From Bdellovibrionales bacterium (GTDB lineage: Bacteria > Bdellovibrionota > Bdellovibrionia > Bdellovibrionales > UBA1609), in NCBI GenBank assembly GCA_965261545.1, contig CBDHDF010000010.1, positions 416,001 to 480,000 of the forward strand: a DNA stretch of 64,000 bases, written 5' to 3'. The translations under genes and the position numbers were made by a program. Under the pieces are notes generated by a model. It was not told the origin of the DNA. It did no database searches and saw only the letters and a program-made list of their open reading frames with translations. Positions 37,551-48,649 of the stretch are shown one piece after another (position 1 is the stretch's first letter; every line of letters starts with the position of its first letter).

Positions 37551-40500
37551 TCACTCCAAAAGTGTTTTCAAGTGGGAGACCTCACTGTGAATTCGAGGCC
37601 ATTGGATATCATCCATACGGATTTTGAGCCGATGATCGGGGGTGATGGAATACTTCTTACTTTCTCTTAAAGTGAGTTCCACTACCTTTTCTGGAGAAAG
37701 GCGTGTGCTTTCCATGAATTTCATGGTGATGGTATTTTTTCCTGAACTTATATCTTCCACCCTCAACTCTTTGCACTCCCTTCGAATCAACATGATGCCC
37801 ATGAGGTTGAGAGTTTCATTGGGTATTTTACCAAATTGATCTTGAAGGTCAGCTTCAATGGTGTCGATATCCTGGGGGCCTTTGATTTGAGAAAGAATTT
37901 TGTAGTATGCCAGGCGAATGCGAATATCTGGGATATATTTATCGGGTATGTAGGCAGGAATAGAGATATTGATCTCCGGCTCGATACTTTCCTCTTTGGG
38001 AGATTCACCCTTTTGTTCTCTCATGGCCTCTTCTAAAAGTTCCATATAGTGTTCGTAGCCAATGGAGTGAATGTGACCCGATTGGCTTTCACCTAAGAAA
38101 TCACCAGTGCCTCTTATTTCTAAATCGTGCTGGGCGATCCTGATACCACTTCCTAACGCAGAGTTTTCTTGCAATATGCGTAGTTTTTCTTGAGATTTGT
38201 CGTCAAGAGCCCTGTTGCGTGGAATGAGCAAATAACAATAACCTCGCTCCTTACTGCGGCCAATTCTTCCCCTTAGTTGATAGAGTTGGCTTAAGCCAAA
38301 GTTTTGAGCCTCGTTAATAAACATCGTGTTGGACCTTGGTATATCCATACCAGATTCAATGATTGTTGTGCAGATGAGAACATCTGTGTTGTGGTTGAGA
38401 AAATCAATCATGACTTGTTCAAGTTGAGACTCCTCCATTTGACCGTGCCCCACGGCAAAGCGTACTCCTGGCATAAGTTCTCTTAGCTCTGAGGCCACGA
38501 AATCAATGCTTTGAATGCGGTTATGTAGAAAAAAAGTCTGCCCCCCACGGGCAATCTCATTTTCAATGGCTTTTTTAATGGTTTGCATATCATGGTGGGA
38601 TACGAAAGTTCTTATGGGCAATCGGTCCACGGGAGGAGTGCTGATAAGGCTAAGGTCTCTTATTCCCACAAGGCTCATATTTAAAGTTCTTGGAATAGGT
38701 GTGGCTGACAAAGCCATGGTATCTACAGCCGCTTTGATTTTCCGAATTTTTTCTTTGTGTCGAACGCCAAATTTTTGTTCTTCGTCAATGACGAGCAAAC
38801 CCAGGCGTTTGAATTTAATATCTTTACTTAGAAGACGATGGGTTCCAATAATAATATCTGCACGTCCTTCTTCCATCTCTAAGAGAGTTTCTTTGATTTT
38901 CTTTTTGTCCACAAAGCGATTGAGAAGTCTTATTTCCATGGGCCAGCCTTTAAATCGCCTTTTGAAGTTTTCAAAATGTTGCATGGTGAGAATCGTTGTG
39001 GGAGCTAAAAGGGCCACCTGCTTGCCCCCATAGGCCACATGAAAGGCCGCACGCATGGCCACTTCTGTCTTGCCAAAGCCTACATCTCCACAGATGAGAC
39101 GGTCCATGGGGTTATCCTTTGTAAGGTCTAGGAGAACCTCTCCAATGGCCTTCATCTGGTCTTCGGTTTCTTCAAAGGGAAAGCTATCCTCAAATTTAAA
39201 GTAATCGCTATGAGGTTCATCAAAGGAGGGGCGCTTCATGTGAGTTCTTTTTGCGTACATGTGAAGAAGCTCGGCCGTCATATCCCTGATATATTTTTTG
39301 GCTTTTGTTTGAACTTTGGCCCATTGAGTTCCACCCAGTTTATCCATCAGACGCGTGGATAACGGCCCCGAATATCTTTGAATCTGGCCAATGCGATAAA
39401 TGGGGAGGTAGAGTTTATCTTTGTCTTTGTATTCAAGTTGAATAAATTCGGATTTCACTCCCCCAATAGGCATCACACTGAGTCCTCGAAAAATGCCCAC
39501 TCCGTGGAGCTTGTGAACAATAAGGTCCCCTGGTGCAAGATCCCCAAAGTTGAGAGCCTTTGTTTTTTCTTGGACCCTTTCAGAGTCGGATCTGGAAATT
39601 CGACTCCTGTAGTGTCCAAAGATATCCTTGTCTTGAATGAAAATAATTTTCTCTTCAACAAATTTTAAACTTACCCCCAGTTTTCGAGGTACGATGTGAA
39701 CTTGGACTCCTCCTTGGAGGCTTTGCTCCTCCAGCCACTTTTGCCATGAATAATCATCTCTATGGGTGAGTTTGTAGTTCACTGAATTGTCTTTTAATAT
39801 TTGCTCAAATCGTCGAAAAAGTGTTTGTGAAGTTGAAGAGATGAATATTTTGTAACCTTGGTGGGACCAATCAGAAATTTTTTCTTGAACGATCTGACCA
39901 ATTCGGCGGTAGTTACCTAGGGCTGCTTTGCATAGAGAGATAAAGTCATTCACCTCTTGGGTGCGATAATCCACCTCCCTGTGGGAAGAAGGGGAAAGCA
40001 TGGATTGATCTTGAAGGCTACCATTTTGAGGACTTCTACTTTTGGTGTTGTCCTTTTGGGGGCTTTTATCTTGGGGGCTGCTGCTTTGAAGGTTGTAAAT
40101 GCCCACCTTGGAAACATGAATTTTTCTTGAAGATGGTGGAAGCATAAAATCTTCAAATTCCACAAAGAGTTTTTGGGGCGATGGAATGAGAGTGGTTGCA
40201 GACTCCCAATCCTCTTTGAGTTCTTTCATCTGAGCGTCAAATTTTTGAGTGATATCCACGGGATTGATCATCCAGAAATCAATGTCTTGTAAGAAGTGTT
40301 GGAGAGGTTGGGCACAGGGCTTATAAAAATAAGGCAAATAAAATTCCACTCCACGAAAATAGATTCCCTGACTCATGGAGTGAAGGAGAGGCATGATCTC
40401 TGCTTCGTCCATCTTTGAGTCCAACTTTTGATTTAAACTATGGGCTTTCAGACTTTGAGCTGCCATCTGGCGGTTTTCATCCGTGAAAATAATTTCTTTT

Positions 40501-41186
40501 GTTGGAATGATGACAAAATCTTTGATGCTTTCAAAACTCCTTTGTGAATAGGGGTCAAAGTGGCGAGCGGATTCCACGATGTCTCCAAATAGCTCCAAGC
40601 GTAGGGGGTATTTGTGGGCAGGGCTATAGATATCTACAATTCCTCCTCGCTGGCAGTAGGAGCCAGGGTCTTCAACATAGCTGACGGAATGATAACCGTA
40701 GCGATCCATAAGAAGAGAAAAATTGCTGGGGAGTTCGTCTCCCACTCGAAAAGCATGGGTGTATTCAAAGAGGTCCTCCACGGGAAGAGTTCGCTGGGAG
40801 AGACTGCGGAGGCTGGCCAAGAAGATATCTCCTGGTGTTGCATTTTGAGCTCTGTAAAGCCAGTTCACCCTTTCACAAATCATACGTCGATGGGGGTCTT
40901 GGTGTAAGTAGGGGCTAATATCAAAGCTTCTTAAAAAGTGGACCTCCACATCGGGGTTAAAAAATTGAATGGCTTTGGCAAAGGGTTCCATATGAGATTC
41001 ATCGGGAACCAGAATAAGTTGGGGCCTTGAAAGACTTGCAGAGACCTGGGCACATGAGAAGAAAGGGATAAGGGCCATCCAAGAGCTTGAGCCCAAAAGG
41101 TGGGTTTCTTGGGAATCCTCCCCCAGTAGACTTCTCAGCCTTGTGGGGAGTTCTTCAACCATATGATCCGCCATAGAGTCAGTCAT
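37551..41186 (-). CDS. mfd: Transcription-repair coupling factor
   Basis: RGGIVDIY, CGDVGFGKTEVAMRAAF, DEEQKFGV, QLRGRIGR and DLEIRG motifs. Confidence 0.98.
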   Translation of the reverse strand: MTDSMADHMVEELPTRLRSLLGEDSQETHLLGSSSWMALIPFFSCAQVSASLSRPQLILVPDESHMEPFAKAIQFFNPDVEVHFLRSFDISPYLHQDPHRRMICERVNWLYRAQNATPGDIFLASLRSLSQRTLPVEDLFEYTHAFRVGDELPSNFSLLMDRYGYHSVSYVEDPGSYCQRGGIVDIYSPAHKYPLRLELFGDIVESARHFDPYSQRSFESIKDFVIIPTKEIIFTDENRQMAAQSLKAHSLNQKLDSKMDEAEIMPLLHSMSQGIYFRGVEFYLPYFYKPCAQPLQHFLQDIDFWMINPVDITQKFDAQMKELKEDWESATTLIPSPQKLFVEFEDFMLPPSSRKIHVSKVGIYNLQSSSPQDKSPQKDNTKSRSPQNGSLQDQSMLSPSSHREVDYRTQEVNDFISLCKAALGNYRRIGQIVQEKISDWSHQGYKIFISSTSQTLFRRFEQILKDNSVNYKLTHRDDYSWQKWLEEQSLQGGVQVHIVPRKLGVSLKFVEEKIIFIQDKDIFGHYRSRISRSDSERVQEKTKALNFGDLAPGDLIVHKLHGVGIFRGLSVMPIGGVKSEFIQLEYKDKDKLYLPIYRIGQIQRYSGPLSTRLMDKLGGTQWAKVQTKAKKYIRDMTAELLHMYAKRTHMKRPSFDEPHSDYFKFEDSFPFEETEDQMKAIGEVLLDLTKDNPMDRLICGDVGFGKTEVAMRAAFHVAYGGKQVALLAPTTILTMQHFENFKRRFKGWPMEIRLLNRFVDKKKIKETLLEMEEGRADIIIGTHRLLSKDIKFKRLGLLVIDEEQKFGVRHKEKIRKIKAAVDTMALSATPIPRTLNMSLVGIRDLSLISTPPVDRLPIRTFVSHHDMQTIKKAIENEIARGGQTFFLHNRIQSIDFVASELRELMPGVRFAVGHGQMEESQLEQVMIDFLNHNTDVLICTTIIESGMDIPRSNTMFINEAQNFGLSQLYQLRGRIGRSKERGYCYLLIPRNRALDDKSQEKLRILQENSALGSGIRIAQHDLEIRGTGDFLGESQSGHIHSIGYEHYMELLEEAMREQKGESPKEESIEPEINISIPAYIPDKYIPDIRIRLAYYKILSQIKGPQDIDTIEADLQDQFGKIPNETLNLMGIMLIRRECKELRVEDISSGKNTITMKFMESTRLSPEKVVELTLRESKKYSITPDHRLKIRMDDIQWPRIHSEVSHLKTLLE

Positions 41187-41423
41187 AGGATCACCCTATG
41201 TCGTATGTGACAGGCTGGACCTGCTTTGGGGTCATTTTTTGGGTCATCTATGATATTGATATTTTCGACTACCTCGTTCGCCACGGGAAGTGAGTAGCAA
41301 AGTGTGGAGTTTCAAGCAATGATCAAAGAAGAAAGATATTGCGAAGCGGCATTTTTCTGCTTGGATTTGTATATATTTTATCTCATAACTTTGTTTTGGG
41401 TAAATTCGAAACTTCACTCACTT

Positions 41424-42872
41424 TTACTCTCTAAATCTAAATCCCTGAACATCGATCTCGCTAGAAACATGGGGAAGAGGCTCGTTGGCATCGTCAAAGC
41501 CTGTGACGTACCCGTAGGCCCCTAGGCTCATATCAGCTTCTCGACGATGAAACTCAGGCAAAATAAAAGATGCATCTTCACCATTTCGGGAAAGGGATCC
41601 CGGCCGCAGGGAAAGAGCTTGAATGCGCTCGTTGAAATCTTGAAGAATATTCGCAGTTTCTTCCTCAAGCTGACGACTGTGAGGACGAGAGGAGACCATT
41701 GTGGGAATGGCTTGCTGAACTCTGGAATTGAGATGGTCGAGGCGAAGCCTGTAGTTGCGCTCAATGGAATTTTTACAGTTTGAGTAATATAATTCCATAG
41801 TTGAACTCTCCCCCCGATGAGCCCCCTGGTGGGTCATGTAGGGAGAGGGAGAAGCAGAACGATAGCGGCCACAGTGATAGGCAAGATCTTTTGTGTAACT
41901 TTGGTCCCATCGAAAGGTGGTTTGGATCGCTCTATGCATGGATCGAAGTTGATGGGCGGCTGTTCGAATAGCTGATGAATCGTGATCTATAAATAGCTCA
42001 ATTTGTTCAGCCACATCATCCAAGTTGTCTTTGTGACCGTGGGTGAGAGCTTTCTTCAAAGGACGATAAAAATGCTTCATAAAGTATTTTTCACGCTTTG
42101 ATTCCGATGAAAAATTATAGTTAGAAAGAGCCTCCATACGGCAAGCCTTCACGTCATCTGTGGAATTCACTTTGCTCACGACTCCCTTTTTCGTTTGCTT
42201 CCATAAATGCGTGCATTTCAATTCAACGCTTTCTTTGTTTTTCTTATAGTTGGCAATATATTTCTTAAGATTCTTTTGTTCAGATTGGACCCTGGCATCA
42301 ATCACATCTGCAAGATCGTGGATATTCTTCTGAGTCACTTTGCCCATATGACCTATAATAGAAACCTCTAAATCCACAGCCTTTTCAAGACAACCCTCAC
42401 AAGTATCAATTTCAGCGTCTTCACTGATATGGGATTGGACATCAAAAAGGGTCTTAACTTCCTCTTTCTCATTACCATTTGTATCCTCTGTCACACATGT
42501 GATATCAAAAACTTGGATGTCCCAAGTTAAAGATGTAATATCTAAATCCGTTTCAGCACTTTCAAATTGATTTTCCAAAAGTTGATTTCGTTTTTTGTCT
42601 TTGACTTTAAGACAGCCCTGAATAACTTCCTTGGGAGTGGCTCTTGAGATCTCGTTGGCATCCCTTGAAGCTCCCTTTAAACTGACAACACGGCTGGACA
42701 TGGAAATTTCACTGTAGGTTTCATTGTTGTTTGTGAAAAACCGCTGAAGCCAGGATGTGTTGAGTAGCAAGATGACCACAAGAACTGCTATTTGTTGTCG
42801 CTGCTTCTTTGGCACCTTTGAGTCTTTGTCTTTGACTTCGCCTTCGCCTCTGTCTTTATAAGATGTAAACAT
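41424..42872 (-). CDS. Hypothetical protein with N-terminal membrane anchor
   Basis: 482-aa ORF with a single hydrophobic segment. Confidence 0.7.
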   Translation of the reverse strand: MFTSYKDRGEGEVKDKDSKVPKKQRQQIAVLVVILLLNTSWLQRFFTNNNETYSEISMSSRVVSLKGASRDANEISRATPKEVIQGCLKVKDKKRNQLLENQFESAETDLDITSLTWDIQVFDITCVTEDTNGNEKEEVKTLFDVQSHISEDAEIDTCEGCLEKAVDLEVSIIGHMGKVTQKNIHDLADVIDARVQSEQKNLKKYIANYKKNKESVELKCTHLWKQTKKGVVSKVNSTDDVKACRMEALSNYNFSSESKREKYFMKHFYRPLKKALTHGHKDNLDDVAEQIELFIDHDSSAIRTAAHQLRSMHRAIQTTFRWDQSYTKDLAYHCGRYRSASPSPYMTHQGAHRGESSTMELYYSNCKNSIERNYRLRLDHLNSRVQQAIPTMVSSRPHSRQLEEETANILQDFNERIQALSLRPGSLSRNGEDASFILPEFHRREADMSLGAYGYVTGFDDANEPLPHVSSEIDVQGFRFRE

Positions 42873-43185
42873 GGAGCCCCCCTCTCATATATATATATTA
42901 GTTATTCAAAATCCGTTCCCTTTTTGTCTAAGGTCCTTCAAAGAACTCTAACCCCCTGTAAAAACTTATAAATTTAAGATTTTTCTCCATGGTTCTCCAT
43001 GGGTGGCGCAGGAAATTCCCCAAAAGACCTGTTGAGAATACGAACAGTTTTTTAAGTATTTTAGGAATAAGATGTAATATCAATAACTTAGTCTGTCTGT
43101 TAAAAAAGCCTCGTTCTAAGAAATTGACAGTGGTCTTTTTTGCTCCACCTGTGTTAGCTTGCTTTTGTTGTAACAGGAGAGCTAT

Positions 43186-44358
43186 ATGGCTTTTGATTTC
43201 CCCCCCCTTCAACCAAGACAAGATATTTCCTGGGATCAATGGAATGACTGGAAGTGGCAGTTTCGTGCGAGCCTAAAAAATCTGTCTCAATTTGAGTCCT
43301 ATTTCCACTTGACTGAGGAGGAGCGAAGAGGGTTTACCCATGGCAAAGATTTATTTCAAATCCGAGTGACCCCCTACTATGCCCACTTGGCTGACCCCCA
43401 TAATCCCCTAGACCCCATACGTAGAATCTTCATGCCCCTGGAGCAAGAACTCCACCTTGGCGTTCAAGGGCAATTCGATCCCTTGGGCGAACGCCAGCAC
43501 TCCCCAGTGAGACGTATTGTCCACCGCTATCCAGATCGCGTGCTCTTTTTGGTCACAGATACTTGCAGTGTTTACTGTCGCTACTGCACGAGAAAGCATT
43601 TTACGGGACAAGACCAAGCCTTCATCAAAAACAGAGAGTACACAAAAGCTATTGAATACATAAAATCAAAAAGGGGAATTAAAGAAGTCATTTTATCAGG
43701 GGGGGACCCACTGACTTTGGGCCAACGACCTCTGGAGTCTGTGCTTAAAGATTTGAGAAGTATTGAACACATTGAGATCATTCGCCTAGGAACTCGAATC
43801 CCTGTTGTCAACCCCATGCGTGTCAATCGAGAACTTGTAAGAATGTTGAGAAAGTACAAGCCGGTATTTTTAATGACCCACTTTAATCACCCCAAAGAAC
43901 TGACAGAGCAAGCGGCAAAATCTTTAGAGCTGTTTGTCGACCACGGTGTGCCTGTATTTAATCAAATGGTTTTGCTCAATGGAGTGAACAACCACCATGT
44001 GATCGTTCAAGCTCTGTCTCGAAGATTGTTGTATTTAAGGGTCAAACCCTACTATATGTTTCAATGTGACCCCTCCCAGGGAACAGATCACCTGCGAACT
44101 TCCATTGAGGAGTCCCTCGATATTCAACGTAAGCTTTGGGGAAAATTGTCAGGGCTTGCCATGGCCAACCTCTCCCTAGATATTCCCGATGGAGGTGGAA
44201 AAGTAAGCCTTGTCCCTAGCTTCACCCAATCTCGCTCAAAGACCCAATGGAATTTTCGTGGTTGGGATGGCGTGGAGTCGGCCTATAAGAATCCTCATCC
44301 CCAACAAGAACTTCAGCCCGTAGACATTTCTCAATACATGGATGAGTGGCTTCCCTAA
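43186..44358 (+). CDS. kamA: KamA-family radical SAM protein (lysine 2,3-aminomutase-like)
   Basis: HRYPDR, CSVYCRYCTR, LSGGDPL, HFNHPKE and GGGK motifs. Confidence 0.9.
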   Translation: MAFDFPPLQPRQDISWDQWNDWKWQFRASLKNLSQFESYFHLTEEERRGFTHGKDLFQIRVTPYYAHLADPHNPLDPIRRIFMPLEQELHLGVQGQFDPLGERQHSPVRRIVHRYPDRVLFLVTDTCSVYCRYCTRKHFTGQDQAFIKNREYTKAIEYIKSKRGIKEVILSGGDPLTLGQRPLESVLKDLRSIEHIEIIRLGTRIPVVNPMRVNRELVRMLRKYKPVFLMTHFNHPKELTEQAAKSLELFVDHGVPVFNQMVLLNGVNNHHVIVQALSRRLLYLRVKPYYMFQCDPSQGTDHLRTSIEESLDIQRKLWGKLSGLAMANLSLDIPDGGGKVSLVPSFTQSRSKTQWNFRGWDGVESAYKNPHPQQELQPVDISQYMDEWLP

Positions 44359-44379
44359 ACTGTCTACGGGCGACTGTAT

Positions 44380-46644
44380 TTAAACTGTGTTTATCACAAT
44401 GACAGGTAATTCAATCACAATCTTGGCCCCTGGGGGACGGTCCCCTGCATGGTGCTTAGGATGCTGCTGGTTAAAAGCCCTCACAAATCCATTATGATCC
44501 TCAATCACACGTTTTACAATGGAAAGCCCTAGGCCCGTGCCATGCTCTTTAGTGGTCATATAGGGCTCAAACACTCTGTCCATGGATTGTGTCGGGAAGC
44601 CCGGCCCATTATCTATGACAGAAATTTGAATCATTTTTAACAATTTGTCATACTTTGTACAAATGGTAATTTCGGGAGAATTCCCCAAAGAAAGAGTTGC
44701 CGAAAGTGCATTTTTTATAAGGTTGGTGATGACTCTTTTAATTTGATCCGGGTCAAATAAAAAGTGTGGGAGGTCTTCATCCAGGTCTTGAATAAAGCGC
44801 ACTTCCTTATGGGCTTGAGTAAAAAGAACCATAGCCTCTGCAATCACCTTATTCAGAGATGACATTCTTGGTTGTGACTGGGGAAGCCTTGCAAAGTGGG
44901 TAAACTCATTGACAATGGTCTTTAAATCATCCACCTGACGAATAATCATCTGCACACAGTCGGAAAAAGCTGGATCTTTGAGGGAGGAACCAAATTTTCT
45001 CTGTAACCTTTGAGCTGAAAGTCGAATGGGTGTCAGTGGATTTTTAATTTCGTGGGCAATTCTTCGGGCGACTTCTTTCCAAGCAGCCGATCTTTGAGCA
45101 CTTAACAAGTCAGAGAGATCATTTAACACAACGACTGTGCCCAATTCCCTTCCTGACTTATCACTTAAAAGGGATAAGGTCATTTGCATAGGAATTGTTC
45201 GATCGTGGATGGCAATATGAACTTCTCTTTGAATGCTTTTTGATTTTTGATTTTGCATAACTCTGACAAGCTCGTTAAAAAGCTTGCGATGTTCTTCACT
45301 AAGAATATCTACAACCTTTTGGCCCACATATTTTTGAGGGTTTATTCGAAATAAATGAGCAGCATGACGATTCACCATAGTCACTATACCCTTATTATCT
45401 ATGGAGACCACTCCCGTACTCACATTGGATAAAACAATCTCAATATAGCTACTGTGTTCATCAAGCTGAACAAAAGCCTTTTTGAGGCTCTCATTGGCTT
45501 GTTTAATCTCAACCTGGGAAGCCTCCAAATCATCGACCATCTTGTTGAAATTATTGATAAGAAGGCTCATTTCTGGAGACCCCCGTGAAATTGCAACCCG
45601 TCGATACTGTCCACTGGCAAGATCCCTGGCGGCTTGGGTGAGTCTGTCTATGGGAATGCTAAGTTGCTTGGCTAAGTAAAATCCAAACCATGTGGCACAA
45701 AGTAAAATAAAAAGAGTGATAAAGATAAGGACTCCAATGTAAAAGGGCTCAAGAAGAGCCACGGGTGAGAGGTCGTTTCTCAAAGAGTTGTAGGTTGCTT
45801 CAATATCACCAATGTTTCTTGGAATGGAGCTTGGAATAATAGAGGTCACAACGAGAACTCCCTTGGCTTTTACAGGTATAAGCACACGAACCAAAGCCTC
45901 TCCATTGAAATTGTGAGTGTCGCTCATTTCAATTTTCTCTTCGAGAACACGCCTCCTATACTTGGAGTTCACCTCTGGAAGAACTGTAAAGGGAACATCG
46001 GGGGAAATGGACAAATACTGGGGAGCCATATCCTGGGCTGTATAGTATTCAACGGCATCTAGGTTGTATATTTCCCTTGCTTTGTTCAAAAGTTCTGGGA
46101 AAAGGCTCGAGTCATTGAGGCTTTCAAGCTCCTTTCCAATCTTATAGGCAAAATCATAATTTTTTTTCTTCGTCGAAGTAATATAAGACACAGAGATATC
46201 AATGGCGTTTCTCAAGACATGCCCCAATTGAGGATTGGACCACTTTTCCACCGATGCTTTTATATAAATGATAGAAACAAAAAATATGATCGTTGTAGGA
46301 ATGGCGCTAAATCCTACAAAGGCTGCAATAAGCTTTCTCTTGAGAGTGCTTCCCACAATTCCTTTTTCTTGCTCTGAGAAGCTTTTAACAACAATTCTAA
46401 AGATCAAGAAAATAAGAAGGAGTAAAATGGTAATGTTAAAGCTAAGCAATCCAAAAAAGAAGATGGAATGCTCTAGAGGAAGACTATCTGTGATACCAAA
46501 GATTTTGAAGGCAAAACCCGCCAGCACAAGAAACAAAAGGCCAAGAAATATAATGGCCTTTACCTCACGATGACGTTTTTTAACTTCGTTTGTATTGACG
46601 TCATTTGTATTTGCTTCATCCGCATTTGATGGATGGAATGTCAT
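44380..46644 (-). CDS. NtrY-like sensor histidine kinase (HAMP, PAS, HisKA, HATPase)
   Basis: AAWKEVARRIAHEIKNPLTPI, DNGPG and GTGLGL motifs. Confidence 0.92.
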   Translation of the reverse strand: MTFHPSNADEANTNDVNTNEVKKRHREVKAIIFLGLLFLVLAGFAFKIFGITDSLPLEHSIFFFGLLSFNITILLLLIFLIFRIVVKSFSEQEKGIVGSTLKRKLIAAFVGFSAIPTTIIFFVSIIYIKASVEKWSNPQLGHVLRNAIDISVSYITSTKKKNYDFAYKIGKELESLNDSSLFPELLNKAREIYNLDAVEYYTAQDMAPQYLSISPDVPFTVLPEVNSKYRRRVLEEKIEMSDTHNFNGEALVRVLIPVKAKGVLVVTSIIPSSIPRNIGDIEATYNSLRNDLSPVALLEPFYIGVLIFITLFILLCATWFGFYLAKQLSIPIDRLTQAARDLASGQYRRVAISRGSPEMSLLINNFNKMVDDLEASQVEIKQANESLKKAFVQLDEHSSYIEIVLSNVSTGVVSIDNKGIVTMVNRHAAHLFRINPQKYVGQKVVDILSEEHRKLFNELVRVMQNQKSKSIQREVHIAIHDRTIPMQMTLSLLSDKSGRELGTVVVLNDLSDLLSAQRSAAWKEVARRIAHEIKNPLTPIRLSAQRLQRKFGSSLKDPAFSDCVQMIIRQVDDLKTIVNEFTHFARLPQSQPRMSSLNKVIAEAMVLFTQAHKEVRFIQDLDEDLPHFLFDPDQIKRVITNLIKNALSATLSLGNSPEITICTKYDKLLKMIQISVIDNGPGFPTQSMDRVFEPYMTTKEHGTGLGLSIVKRVIEDHNGFVRAFNQQHPKHHAGDRPPGAKIVIELPVIVINTV

Positions 46645-46673
46645 GCACTTGCCTCAACAACCATGAGTTTGCC

Positions 46674-47834
46674 TCAACTATAAAGTTGGTGACGAAGGTA
46701 AAGCATTTCCACAGCAGCTTCCATGGCCTCCATTCCCTTGTGCCCCTTCTCGCCACCCGCTCTTGCTAGGGCTTGGGTTTTGTTTTCAACTGTCAGCACA
46801 CCAAAAGTAATGGGTTTACCTAGTTTTTCTTGCAACCGCAGGCAGCCCCATAGATAGCCCTCACAAACAACTTCGTAGTGAGAAGTCTCTCCACGAATCA
46901 CAGCCCCTAAAGTGACCACGGCCTCACAGCCTGAATCAAACATCCATTGACTCGCCATGGGAATCTCTAGGGCTCCAGGAACAGTCACACAAGTCAATTG
47001 GTCAAGCTTTCCACCCAACTCTAAAAATCGATGAACGGCTCCTTTTTCCAAAAGAGAGGTGACCGTCTTATTAAAACGAGAGGTGACAACCCCCAGTTTC
47101 CAATGGGATAAAGCTTTAACTTCCTTCTGATGACTCTTCTGATGGCGAAAGGCCCCCATCTCAGAGCCTTCACTATAACGAGTTGGCAAAGGGGCACGCA
47201 CCATCTCTTCCTCTTCCACAAAATTTTCATTTTCTATTCTGTATTGAATGAGATCTTCAATGTTTCCCATTTTGCACTTGTGCTTTTTGGCAAAGGCTTT
47301 GAGATCCATAATCCGAGCCATGGAACCATCGGGGTTCATGATTTCACAAATCACTGCCGCTGGACGAAGTCCCGCCAAAGTGGCGAGGTCCACGCTGGCC
47401 TCCGTGTGACCGGCCCTCTTGAGCACACCTCCATCATGGGCTCGAATAGGGAAGATATGCCCAGGTATTGTGATATCTTTTTTTGTCGACTGGGGGTCTG
47501 AAGCCACAAGAATTGTTTTGGCTCGATCCGCTGTGGAAATACCCGTTGTCACACCTTGAGCGGCTTCAATGCTGACCGTAAAGGCCGTCTTGTGGGGTGA
47601 AAGATTGAGGTCTTCACAAACCATCAGTTGGAGTCCTAGTTGTTGGACCTGTTTCTTCGACAAAGCTAAGCAAACCAAACCCCTTGCCTCAGAAACCATA
47701 AAGTTTACAGCTTCAGGAGTAATATGTTGGGCCGCTATAATGAGGTCTCCCTCATTTTCACGATCTTCACTGTCGATAAGAATGACCATTTTTCCCTGGC
47801 GAATATCCTCAATAAGTTCAGGAATTGTATTCAT
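46674..47834 (-). CDS. ribB-ribH: Fusion: 3,4-dihydroxy-2-butanone-4-phosphate synthase (RibB) + 6,7-dimethyl-8-ribityllumazine synthase (RibH)
   Basis: aa 1-200 carry RENEGD, PGHIFP, RAGHTE and CEIM. From about aa 245: [24 protein letters not shown] and FGVLT. Single ORF. Confidence 0.9.
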   Translation of the reverse strand: MNTIPELIEDIRQGKMVILIDSEDRENEGDLIIAAQHITPEAVNFMVSEARGLVCLALSKKQVQQLGLQLMVCEDLNLSPHKTAFTVSIEAAQGVTTGISTADRAKTILVASDPQSTKKDITIPGHIFPIRAHDGGVLKRAGHTEASVDLATLAGLRPAAVICEIMNPDGSMARIMDLKAFAKKHKCKMGNIEDLIQYRIENENFVEEEEMVRAPLPTRYSEGSEMGAFRHQKSHQKEVKALSHWKLGVVTSRFNKTVTSLLEKGAVHRFLELGGKLDQLTCVTVPGALEIPMASQWMFDSGCEAVVTLGAVIRGETSHYEVVCEGYLWGCLRLQEKLGKPITFGVLTVENKTQALARAGGEKGHKGMEAMEAAVEMLYLRHQLYS

Positions 47835-48543
47835 ATGATTCCTCTTCAGTATGAGCGTCTTCAGTATGAACGTCTTCTTTAGTTGTAAATGCCCCCTCTT
47901 GAGTTGTGGATGATTCTTCTTTCGTTGTGGATATCCCTTCTTTGTAGCGTTTGAAGTGAGTAGCTAAGCCTCTGGCCAAAATATCCAGCTCAAAGTGGGC
48001 GGACTCCCCAACCCTCAAAGAGCCTAAGTTGGTTCGCCTCATCGTTTCTGGGATCAATGCCACTGAGAAAAAACTTTCACGACACTCATTCACGGTCAAG
48101 CTCACTCCATTGAGAGCCAAGCTCCCCTTGCTCCAGACCATAGAATTGTGGTTGGAGGGAAGGGAAAACTCCATATAACAGGTTTCTTCACCCACATTTT
48201 GCTTGGACTCTAACCATGCCAGGCCATCGACATGACCTAGCACCCAGTGACCATGGAGACGATCTCCCACCTTTAAGGCACGCTCAACGTTGACCTGTCG
48301 CTCCTCTAAATCACGAATGAGCCAATTTGTCACCTGCAAAGTTTCTGCACCGACTGTCACTGTAAAGGATGCCTCGCAAAAGCTTTCCACAGTGAGGCAA
48401 ACTCCATCCACAGCGATACTGTGCCCCCATTGAATGTCGTCAAATTCTTGGGGCCTCTGAAAGGTCACCTGACAAGACTGATCTTTTTTCACAATCTTTA
48501 GTGCTTTGGATTGAGCTTCCACAATACCTGAGAACATAACCAC
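47818..48543 (-). CDS. ribE: Riboflavin synthase (alpha type) with low-complexity C-tail
   Basis: MFSGIVE, GVCLTV, GHWVLGHVD and NGVSLTV motifs. Confidence 0.95.
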   Translation of the reverse strand: MVMFSGIVEAQSKALKIVKKDQSCQVTFQRPQEFDDIQWGHSIAVDGVCLTVESFCEASFTVTVGAETLQVTNWLIRDLEERQVNVERALKVGDRLHGHWVLGHVDGLAWLESKQNVGEETCYMEFSLPSNHNSMVWSKGSLALNGVSLTVNECRESFFSVALIPETMRRTNLGSLRVGESAHFELDILARGLATHFKRYKEGISTTKEESSTTQEGAFTTKEDVHTEDAHTEEESYEYNS

Positions 48544-48649
48544 CTTACCCGGTCCTATTCGATCCGATCATACTCGCAACCCCTAGTCTACCATAGTCTA
48601 CTTTAAAGCCTACCCATGAGAGTATTTTTTAAATATTTTGTGAATATTT

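Noticed and set aside
43186..44358. EF-P modification enzyme EpmB
   Set aside because: No efp or epmA nearby. Motifs fit the general KamA family, so the specific role cannot be assigned.
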